Source: Callorhinchus milii (lineage: Eukaryota). Taken from it: a stretch of 64,000 nucleotides of DNA. This document shows, piece by piece, positions 13,428 through 24,105 of this stretch (within the stretch, counting starts at the first letter, position 1; each line of letters begins with the position of its first letter). A program made the translations under genes and the position numbers. The DNA is taken from positions 40,736,001 to 40,800,000 of the forward strand of contig NW_024704742.1 in NCBI RefSeq assembly GCF_018977255.1, in the 5' to 3' direction. The notes under the pieces are model-generated. The model was not told the origin of the DNA. It worked only from the letters and a program-made list of their open reading frames with translations, and made no database searches.

Positions 13428-14122
13428 TATGTTGAACATCAGATGGGCACCAATGCAACATTGCACACAGTTAGATATCCTTGTTGGCTCAACACTGCAG
13501 AGAAAATAAACAGATCCTCTCCTCAAGATCACCAGAAAATAGAGGCTTGAAAATCTTGTGGTATTAGTTTTACAATCATCAGACTTGTGTAGAATTGTGG
13601 AAAATTCTTAAAGTCTGAATTCAAGAACTTTGGAGGGATTGGTGGGCGTTGTTGGTGAAGGGGAAGCTGAAGAAAGGTTTGCCAGCGAAGCATATGTTTT
13701 ATAATCAACCGCATTATAAAGACCTACATGCATTGCCATCTATAATGCTCAGCATTAACAGAATACCTGGTAGCAGTAGGATCAATCCAGCCCCAAAGGT
13801 TTAGTACTGCACTGGAGTGTCAGCCGAGATGATGTTAGTTCAAAGTCCTGACTTGGTACTTGAACCTCACTATCTGCTGACTCAGAGATGAGAGTGATAA
13901 CAATTGATACTGTAACTGCTTCAGCACACCAACTGCAGCTCTTTCATCCAAACCTCTTTATGGCACCTTATATTAATGTAATGGAATTTCAACCCATAGT
14001 ATCCACAGAGTCTACAACACAAAACTCCCATTAAATTGGTACTAATGATAATCTCATGAAACCCCACGAGGATATCTAACTGTGAGCAATGTTGCATTGG
14101 TGCCCATCTGATGTTCAACATA
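13428..14122. repeat. Near-perfect 54-bp inverted repeat with a 587-bp spacer
   Basis: 13428-13481 against 14069-14122, one mismatch. Confidence 0.9.
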
Positions 14123-14934
14123 AAATCATGCTGTTTGGGGTAGAGCTAACAGTGCTGTAGTGCTAACATAAGGTTGTTAGAAGTGGTAATGAGAATATTT
14201 CATCCTCCAGCTAACAGCCACATTGTGGCTAGTTACAAACATTCATCTTTAAAAAATATTTTCCTCAATTACTAGAATTAATAAATAGCTAAAAATGTAT
14301 GAAATCTGAATTCTGAGAGAAATGCAGAATTTGCAACTTGTAGTGCATTGGAAACTGCTGTTATAAATAGAAAGTGAAAATACCCAGATTAGGGGATCTA
14401 GCTGAAAAAAACTTTTTTCATATACTTTGAAGCTGGTTAATGCCACAAGATTGGTTCGAATGAAAAAAGCCTTTCAGCCCATCCAACCTCATCCCTCCAG
14501 AACACCCATTCTACAGTCCTCTCTTCATAGCATCAAGCTGCTTTTTAAATGAATACAGTTTCCTGGCCTCCATCACCCTACCTGGCAGCCTATACTAGTC
14601 ATTGATTACCCTCTAAGCAAAGAAAAACTTCCTGGTATCCCAGTTAGACTCCTTGCTTCTCCACCACTCTCTGCTGGCTATGCAAGTGTGTGGCAGCCAT
14701 TGGGGAGGGCAAACATCAGGCTCAGCTTTGACACCATCTAGAGCACATACAAAGGCTCACACTTACACATTGGGGCAGACTAGAGGGCAACCAGGACCTG
14801 TGGAACCGTAACCAAGCAAGAGGGCCCCAGACTAGGATTGGAGAGACATGGGGAGAAAGTTCGCAAAAATAAATATGTAATTGAAAACACTATGTTTTAA
14901 AAAGAATTACATTTCTATGGTCACACACAATTAC

Positions 14935-15265
14935 GAGTTCAAGTCCCATTTGGAACTCCGAGCTAGCTCGTAGCATAGCTGATGCTTCAGATAAGACACT
15001 AACCTAAAGTTCCATCTGCCTGTTCAGGTGTACGTTAAAGATCCCATGGCATCCCATGAAGTGAGTTTCTCCCAGTGTTCTAGTTAACAATCCCCAGATA
15101 CAATTAGTCATTCATCTCATGGCTGTTCGTGGACCATTGCTATTTGCAAATTATCTGCCATATTCACCAAAAAATATATAGTCACCACACTTTACAGTAA
15201 AATCCTGTGAAGCACTTTAAAATATACCAACGATATAACAAAGCATTATATTAAAATGCAAAGAT
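14935..15265 (+). mobile_element. Old Deu-domain SINE
   Basis: CTTCAGATAAGAC..TCTGCCTGTTCAGGTG..AAAGATCCCATGGCA core and L2-type tail. Confidence 0.75.
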
Positions 15266-16049
15266 TAATAATAATAACAATAATAGTAACATTAATAATA
15301 TTAACGTGTATGAAATATCTTCTTATCTTGTAAGTTAAAATACCTGACAAAAAATATACATTTCAATTAGAATTTTATTTGGAGCCATTAAACCATCTGA
15401 TGAATCACTGTGGTTCAGCTGCAAAATGTGTGAGTAACTGTGATCAGAATACAGAATGGAAAGTGGTTATGAACAATATTATAAAACCACAAACAAAAAG
15501 CCACACAAACTTAGATGCTTTCCTGACTCACAAGAGTTTAAATAATTTAAACTCTTGACATGTAGGCACTAGCAGTGTGGAGAAAGTCAGTCTATTCAGC
15601 TGGATACACCTAGTCTGAGTCATGTTCCAATAGAACTCTTACAATGCAACATTTCCCAATAGAGAAGTAGAGGAATTCGGTTCTTATTAATTTTTCTAAA
15701 AATTCGACTTGATTATAAAATAACCGTCAGCATATAATTTGGCCTTCTCAAATTCAAACATGCTGTGATGTGTGTGACATGAGATCCACACCCTTCAACA
15801 ATCTGATCTTTGAAGGGCGTGAAGAAATCAGAATCTTTCACTCACTTCTATATCTGTGGTTGCCAAGATGCCTGCAAGGTATCAGTCTTGTATAATTAGT
15901 ATAACCTCTTCAGCTGCAGAAAATAAATAGGACCTTGCATTAAACATCATGGGGTCTAATTTACAGGCTTTTATAACAAGATTCCCTAACAAAAAATCTG
16001 ATCCTCACAAATGAAGGCTCTTTTCATTAACCAGAAGATTGTCGCGAGG

Positions 16050-16470
16050 TGTTAGCCAAGCTCAGTTAGTAGCATTCTCTGCCCTTAAGGCAGAAGCTTG
16101 TGGGTTTAAAGCTCCACATTGGGACTTTGCACACACAGTCTCAGCTGACACTCAAGTGAGATGTTGGGGTGTGATGCACTAAAGAAGATGCCGTCCTTCA
16201 GTTGAAATGTTAAACTGAGGTCCTGTCTACCAGTTCAGGTGGACATTACAGATCCCATGACACTATTCAAAACGGGAGCTTCTCCCAGTTCCTGGCCAGA
16301 TAGAATTGGTCATTAACTTCATGGCTGTTTGTGGGACTTTACTGTGCACAAATTGGCTGCAGCATTTGCCTACAATTACAGTCACTATATGTCAAGTACA
16401 CACTTGTGAAGCATTTTGAGATATCTCAATGACAACATAAGGCATCATATCAAATGTGAGGATTATTTAT
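16050..16470 (+). mobile_element. Deu-domain SINE, near full length
   Basis: tRNA-like head, GCCGTCCTTCAGTTGAAATGTTAAACTGAGGTCCTGTC..GGTGGAC..GATCCCATG core, GGCTGTTTGTGGGAC..AAATTGGCTGC 3' part. Confidence 0.8.
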
Positions 16471-17421
16471 TATAATGGCTCGTAGGAACTACATCCAGAG
16501 TGGAAGTCAAAAGAAATTCTAATCGGATTTAAAAAAATCTTTAGCTGATCCATTGATTTATTTTATTTCCACCCATTTCAATTTCAAACTTGATAAAGGT
16601 AATATGGTTGTGTGACTTTCAATGGAGTAAACATTGAACTCACAAGTTACATGAGCTTTGCCATTAGAATTAACATTGGCTCATTTATTGCACGGAAAGG
16701 TTAGTTTGATGGGTCAATCAACAGTTTGACTATATTAATCAAAACCCTTTTGTGGTGTGCGACCAATGACTGAGTTTAATGCAGGAAACACAATTATGTG
16801 GTTTCATTAAAAGAAATCGGCCATTTTTAGTTCCCTACAACAATGTCAGCTCTTGCTTTGTATATGTGCAGAAATCAGGAAGGGATGATGGTTGGCAGTG
16901 AGTGACCCATTGAACAGGAAATATTTTTTTCTTTTAGCTCAAGTACCAGCTAGTGTGCAGGGAGTAAGTCAGCCGTTTGCATGTATGAGCAGTCGTGCTG
17001 CTATTCTGCCTCACTATAGCACGGATTGGGATATTATAGGATCCCAAACACCACATTATATTGGGGCTGCACTGTAGATATTATTCTAATACTTCTGTTG
17101 ACTTTGGCGTTAATTATAATATGTATTCTGCTGCTGTTTAAAAGAAAGTATTAACGTGACAAAGAATTACACTCACTGAAGTCACAGAACCATTGAATGA
17201 CAAATAACAATTTTTAAAATACACAGTCACTACACTTTACAGTGAAGCCTGACATGAAAGGTATATCAAACGCAAGTGTTATTAAACGTAAACACAGAAG
17301 TCGTTGGGAACACTCATCAGGTCAAGCAACATCTATGGAGAAAGGAAAGCGAGTCCGCATCCCTTCGTCAGAACGCAAGGATTATTACTGTTCTTTAAAA
17401 TTCACCGCAAGACACAAAATC

Positions 17422-17712
17422 GGATTCCTGTAGCTCAGTGGTTCGAGAGACCTGGGTTCGATTCCTGGCAGGATGAAACCTTGGGCAAGTTTCCTTACTC
17501 CACATGCCTGATAATAATCTCTCAAGAAAATAAAACAATAATAAATTGGTCACTTCAAAACCACGACTGTGTGTGGGACACTGCTGTGCGCAATTGGCAG
17601 CTGCATTTCGCCCACAAATATACAGTCAATTCTCTTTACAGTCCATTCTTGAAGCACTTTGAGATATCTAGAAGACATGAAAAGTGCTATATCAAATGCA
17701 AGGATTATTATT
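17422..17712 (+). mobile_element. Young tRNA(Ala)-derived SINE
   Basis: Same family as 4449-4761, with a small deletion in the head. Confidence 0.9.
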
Positions 17713-18711
17713 AGTAGTATTATTATAAATAAGATGTAAAGATCAAGTGTTGACAGATTTAGAGCTGTGCAGTTTGCCAATCAATTATAATCATCTTTCA
17801 CCATTCCACCAATGGTCAGCTCTGCTATAACATAAGGACCATGTAACATTTGCATGTATTAATGATAGTGGGTCCGTGACATTTGCGTCTAGGTCAATTT
17901 GCTGCACTAACTGTCAAACTGACCGTCCAACTGACCCTATTGTGGACTGGCACCCGGGAACGTCTTTCTGATGTGAAGGGTACTATACAAGTGTAATCGG
18001 TTGTTGTTGTTGTTAGGTAAGTGTTCACTTTCAGCTGTGCTTTCAACAGCAGACAGTGAAATGTGGGCAGAAATAAATGACTTCCTCACACAGAGACTGT
18101 GATGCTGTTACTCACTATTGAAACCAATTATCAGCTGACCTGAGACAGGAATCCCTGCTTTCCAATCCCCTCAGTCAATTATCTATGCCACGGGCATTAG
18201 AGGGCTAAAGGAGAGAAATTGCAATCAATAGAAATCCACTTGCTAAATTAATTATAAGCCGATTAGGACGGAATAGACATAAAACCCATGTTTTATATAA
18301 AAAAAGTAAAACACTAAAATGTAAAAAAATTAAAAATAGTCCAACCTTTATCTGTGTTTATTACAGTGAAAAAGAACGATGATTACTGTGATTATCAGAT
18401 TCAAAGTCATAGGGAGAGAATATTAGGTGACATAATAAATAGTCATATACTTTTTATCATAAAGAGAATATGAAACATCATAACATGCCTTCTCTCTGCT
18501 CAAGTGACATGAAGGATTTTTCTCCTCCTCTAATTCATGCACATTACGAAATGTAAATTTGATCAGCCGCAGCTTGAACAATTTCTATAAATGAGGTTCG
18601 ATTGGCAAACGTTTCTAAATAAGGCTTAGAACACTTTGTTTTAATAAGCAGAGATCTGTTTTTAGAGGTATCATCTGTCACTGGCACTTGTTTGGAATGA
18701 CAGTAAATTAA

Positions 18712-19008
18712 TATAATAATATAATAATAATACTTGCATTTGATATAGCGCTTTTCATGTCTTCTAGATGTCCCAAAGCACTTCACAGAATACACTGTAA
18801 AGTGAATTGACTGTATATTTGTGGGCGAACGCGGCAGCCAATTGCGTACAGCAATGTCCCACAAACAGTCGTGGATTGAAAATGACCAATTTATTATTGT
18901 TTTGGAGGGATTATTATTAGGCGTGTGGAGTAAGGAAACTTGCCCAAGGTTTCGCCCTGCCTGGAATTGAACCCAGGTCTCTCGCTTGCAAAGCGAGTGC
19001 TCTAACCA
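18712..19008 (-). mobile_element. Young tRNA(Ala)-derived SINE
   Basis: Same family. Confidence 0.9.
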
Positions 19009-19668
19009 CAATATCAAAGGAAGATCAGAGACTAAGCAGACAAAAGAGGGATTATGCCCATTTGGCTGAAACAGTGAATGAAGAACATCAGTACCCAACG
19101 TTAAAGATACAAACGTTAAAACAACATTGTTGAAGTGTGATTGTAATTGCATGTCATGCACAATTTTTATACAATAAATGTTGCTTTGTTTTATGAGCAT
19201 CCTATTGCTCTGCACAAATATTTGTTTGTAGTGATTCGAGCACAGAATGATACATATTTAATGAAGAATGCAGCTGTCCTCAACATTTTTAAAGAATACC
19301 ATCCACCCTAGAGACACAAAGGGATTAACATTATTTTTACATTATTAACTCAATTAACTTGTTTAAAGTACTTATGGTACCAAAGATAATGATGCAAGAG
19401 ACATGCTGAAAGTGTTGACAGTAGAACAAGAGGATATAGGTTTAGAGTTGCAAACTGCAATCTAAGCACAGATACCAGAACGTTTGTCTATACTTGGAGG
19501 ATAATTAACGACTGGAATAGGTTTCCAGGAAAGGTGATAGAGGCCAGGACACGGGACTCATTTAAAAAAAAAGCTAGATACTGTGATAATAATAATAATA
19601 ATTCTTACATTTGATATGCCTTTCACATCAGAATGACATCTCAAAGCACTTTACAGGATGTACACAGG

Positions 19669-20270
19669 TGGAGTCCTGTAGCTCAGTGGTTAGAGCACTT
19701 GCCTTGCAAGCGAGACACCTGGGTTCATTTCCAGACAGGGCAAAACCATGGGCAAGTTTCCTTACTCCACACGCCTAATAATAATCCCTCCAAAACAAAA
19801 CAATAATGAATTGGTCATTTTCAATCCACAATTGTTTGTGGCACACTGCTGTGCGTAATTGGCTGCTGAGTTTTGCCCACAAATATACAGTTAATTCACT
19901 TTACAGCATATTCTGTGAAGCATTTTGAAACATCTAGACAGAGGGATTCCAGGCAGAGGGCGAAACCTTGGGCAAGTTTCCTTACTCCACACGCCTAATA
20001 ATAATCCCTCCAAAAAACCAAAAACAATAATTAAATTGGTCATTTTCAATCTACGACTGTTTGTGGGACATTGCTGTGCGCAATTAGCTGCCGCGTTCGC
20101 CCACAAATATACAGTCAATTCACTTTACAGTGTGTTCTGTGAAGCGCTTTGGGACGTCCTCCCGACGTGAAAAGCGCTATATCAAATGCAAGGATTATTA
20201 TTATTATTATTATTATCTAGAAGATGTGAAAAGCGCTTTATCAAATGTAAGGAGTATTATTATTATTATT
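19669..20270 (+). mobile_element. Tandem dimer of the young SINE plus an extra tail
   Basis: Copy 19669-19937, second 5'-truncated copy 19945-20216, then the remaining tail CTAGAAGATGTGAAAAGCGC..TATTATT. Confidence 0.88.
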
Positions 20271-20277
20271 ACTATAA

Positions 20278-20485
20278 AATGGGGTGACTGTATACCTTGT
20301 GGGTGAAAACAGGAGCCAATTGCACATAACAATGTCCTACAAATACCTGTGAAGTGAACAATTTTATTTGGGTAATTGTTGGCCAGGACACTGAAAGGAA
20401 CTTCCTTCTCTTTTTGAATAGTTCCATGGATTCTTTAATGTCCACCTGAACGGGCAGACAGGACCTCAGTTTAACGTGTCACCCA
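20278..20485 (-). mobile_element. Old Deu-domain SINE fragment
   Basis: CCATGGATTCTTTAATGTCCACCTGAAC..GACAGGACCTCAGTTTAACG on the + strand. Confidence 0.75.
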
Positions 20486-21129
20486 AAGTATTTTCAGGTC
20501 TTCAGGTTGCCGCTGGTGTCACTTCTGCTGTCTCCTATATTACAAGTGTTTGACTTCTTTACTTACTTCTTCTAGAGTATAATCCTTGGTAAATCCTGCG
20601 AATTGCTTTAAGACATCTCTATGAGATTATTATTGTTGTTATTATTTCATATTATCACCAACTGGAGAATAAGACAGCTACTTCATTATGCAACCGTTTT
20701 TGACTGACAGAAAAAAAAGCCAATCCAAAAATGAGATTCAACCAGGTGTGACACCGTTTCTTCGTGTGTGATCATCTGACAATCTCATGTAGCGTCTTTG
20801 CCCCATCAAATTACCCTTCCAAGCAATCTCACGGAGACTATCATCGAGGCATTGGATTCGCTAAGAGTTCCCCCTTCTGAAACTCTCTGTTTCTATGAAC
20901 TGTGTGGTACAAACACACGTTAATGTCTGTGGAGCATTTGGGCAGGATATAAACACGTCCAATATTCCTTACTGTCCGACAGACAGCCTTAAGCTGTTTC
21001 CACCATGGATTCTCAGTAAGGTTTTTAAGTACCACTAACAGCAATTGAGCCAAGTAATTCCCTTCAGAACTTCCTCACTTCAGAAGTATAGATGTACCAA
21101 AACTGTGACTGTCTGCATAAGACAACACA

Positions 21130-21447
21130 CAATAATAATAATAATAATCCTTGCATTTGATATAGCGCTTTTCACGTCAGGAGGACGTCCCAAAGCGCTT
21201 CACAGAACATACTGCAAAGTGAATTGACTGTATATTTGTGGGCGAACGCGGCAGCCAATTGCGCACAGCAATGTCCCACAAACAGTCGTAGATTGAAAAT
21301 GACCAATTAATTATTGTTTTGGGTTTTTGAAGGGATTATTATTAGGCGTGTGGAGTAAGGAAACTTGCCCAAGGTTTCGCCCTGCCTGGAATTGAACTCA
21401 GGTCTCTCACTTGCAAAGCGAGTGCTCTAACCACTGAGCTACAGGAA
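21130..21447 (-). mobile_element. Young tRNA(Ala)-derived SINE
   Basis: Same family; nearly identical to 19945-20216, in inverted orientation. Confidence 0.9.
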
Positions 21448-21811
21448 GCATTGTAATCTGTACACTCCAAAGAGAAATACTGTGACACGTGCAAATGGCT
21501 ACATGCTTCTGCCTTTTCATTAGAAATGCTTATTGAGGAAATTCAGGTGCATCAAATAAAAATTCTTAATTGTGAGTTAAAATATTTGTCATAATTTCCT
21601 CTCATGAGTGGTTCACTCCACTTTCAACAAAAGAACTTTAAACATGTCACACAGGACTTTGCTGTGCATGATTCCCTTGGACATCCTTCTGTCAAAGTAG
21701 CCAGTCGCATGGCACACTGCATACATGCTTAATAGCAGTTGTCAAACATTGTTACAACCAGTGGTATTTACCTTTACATTTAAAATTATAATTATTAGTA
21801 TTTATTAGGTG

Positions 21812-22445
21812 TGAGCTTTACTCAGTTGGTAGTAATCTCGCCTCCAAGTCAGAAGGTTGTGGGTTCATGGAGTAAGGGTCTTTGAGCTCATAGTCTAGGC
21901 TGGCTCTCCAATGCCGTGCAGGGGGGAGCGCCACACTGTCAGCAATGATGTCCTTGAGATGTTAAACCAGTGGTGGCTAACCTGTGGCCTGTAACCCGGA
22001 AGTGACCTGCAGAGCTGTCATGAAGCGACCCCCGAACATTCGCACGAGTCTGGCTAAGTCCGTGTTCGATCGATAGTGTGAATTTTTATTGAATATTTCT
22101 TGATTGAATGGCATAAATCAAGAAATATTCAATCAAGAACATGTATTTTGTTGGCCGACCATAAAACGTGATCACCACTGTGTTAAACCAGGGTCCCGTC
22201 TGCCTGTTGACCTGGATATTAAAAAATCCCATGGCACCTTTCAAAAAAAGAAGGACGTTTCCCTGGCATCCTGGCCAATAATCCTCCAGATGAAATTGAT
22301 CAATTACTTCATGGGTGTTTGTGGGACATTGCCTTGTATAAATTGACTGTCATGTTCATCTTCAAATGTATGTTTACGAAACTCTGTGTAGCCCTTTGAG
22401 ATGTTCTCAACCTCAGAGGCAGTATATCAAATGCAGAATTATTAT
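21812..22445 (+). mobile_element. Deu-domain SINE interrupted by a hAT MITE
   Basis: The core GAGATGTTAAAC|CAGGGTCCCGTCTGCC is split by the insertion at 21968-22180. Confidence 0.8.
21968..22180. mobile_element. 213-bp hAT MITE with a perfect 8-bp TSD
   Basis: TIR CAGTGGTG / CACCACTG; TSD TGTTAAAC at 21960-21967 and 22181-22188. Confidence 0.9.
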
Positions 22446-23691
22446 TATATTATCCTTGTACCTTACATGATATGTTAGAAACATTAAAAAATCAAAGTAG
22501 AAAAACATGATAATAATTACAGCAAAAATGCATAGGAACATTTGGTAAATGTCATATTATTTGAAAATCAGATATGTATTAATATCAATATTAGTTAATA
22601 TTCATTAATATTAAATGTGACAATTGAAACTGTTTTCAGATAAGAAAAGTAGAAAAGTATTAGTGTTGTTACCTGCGTCCAAACCTGCCTCAAGCACCCA
22701 TTTACAGTAAATTAAAATATTAATCATTTTCAAAATGTCACCACATCTATATTATGCAATTGTTTGTACAGTTAGCTCCTGATTTCAGCTCTCTAACCGC
22801 AGAGCATAGGGAGCGGCTCCAAGTTGGAAGGCAGTACCTTCCCACGGGATACAAAGGAAAGCCTGAGGCCATTCTTCCAGATCCTTCTCATACATTTGAT
22901 GGCAGGTAATATGGGAAAATCACTGACATAGACTTATTAGCAGGTTATTTGCTGCTAAGCATTCAGTGTGGAGAATGGGAAATTAATAACATAGAATTTA
23001 AATAGGAAGTAACTCACCAATATAAGCCATTTGGAACAACTTGTCCAAGCTGGTGTTTGTACTACACATGAGGCTCCACCCATGGTAAGCCTCCCTACTC
23101 CCCTACCCCAGCCTTCCCCCCCTATTTCATTCTCTCACATGAATGCATTGAGTTTCCTCTTAAATGCATTGATGCTTTCTGCTTCAACCATACCTTCTAG
23201 CAATGAGTTTCACCTAACCTTTCTTCTAAGTTCTCTTTTTAGATTTGTTAGTAGCTGTTTTGCCCTCTTGGGACTTGCCAACAAGTAGAAACAGTGTATT
23301 TATATTTTTATTATCTGCATTCTCTCCAAAGTCACAATATCCTTCTTATAATATGGTGACCAGAGTTGTACGCAGTTTTCCAAATGTGATCCAACCAAGG
23401 TTTTATGCAAGGGAAGAACATTTTTGAAATTGGTGAGAGGATTAATATTTTTACTTTTGAAACTTGACTCCATCAGCTAAATCTAGGACTGGGACCATTA
23501 ACCATTAAAATAGAAAAGTGAAAAGAATAAAATAAGCAAGAGAAAACATTCCCCCAAAAGCATAGAAGTTCCAGAGAGGATTGTTACACTTACCAGGGCA
23601 ACAGCAACATATGTTAGTTGCTGTAGGCTGAAACAGATTTACAGAGTTATGTGTATGTATACTTAAACCAGTTTACAGACCAGTATATGTA

Positions 23692-24105
23692 CAGGGTGTT
23701 CACAAAGTCCTGTTACCCTCCTTTTTTTCTTACAATGAATGTTAATTTTCTGATACAGATGAGTCGAGTGTAACAATTTCTGATACCAGTAACTTCCTCA
23801 TCACTCCATCCATGTTACGTAAGATGTCGCACCGAACCTGGAGACAGAACATTATCTGTCATGAAAATGATGGCACTCACACTGATCCTCTGGACATCTA
23901 AATAAAGTTAACAACAACAACAACAAGATTCCATTTATAAAGCGCCTTTCACGTCAGGAGGACGTCCCACCAAGTTAAACACTTGTACGGAATAGAATTT
24001 AGTACTTCGAAATATAATTATCATCATTCTTCCACATGTTTCAGTTGTTGGTTAGTGTACTGTAGAAAAGAAACATGGGGTTAACAGGACTTTGTGAACA
24101 ACCTG
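23692..24105 (+). mobile_element. Non-autonomous Tc1/mariner element
   Basis: TA TSDs; about 27-bp TIR CAGGGTGTTCACAAAGTCCTGTTACCC / GGGTTAACAGGACTTTGTGAACAACCTG; transposase-like remnants inside. Confidence 0.85.

Noticed and set aside
18544..19215. 223-aa ORF and similar short ORFs ending KCKDYYY
   Set aside because: Read-through of SINE sequence; the same peptide recurs at every SINE copy
19669..19742. tRNA-Ala(TGC)-like sequences here and at other SINE heads
   Set aside because: Each continues into the SINE body and lacks a proper acceptor stem; not tRNA genes
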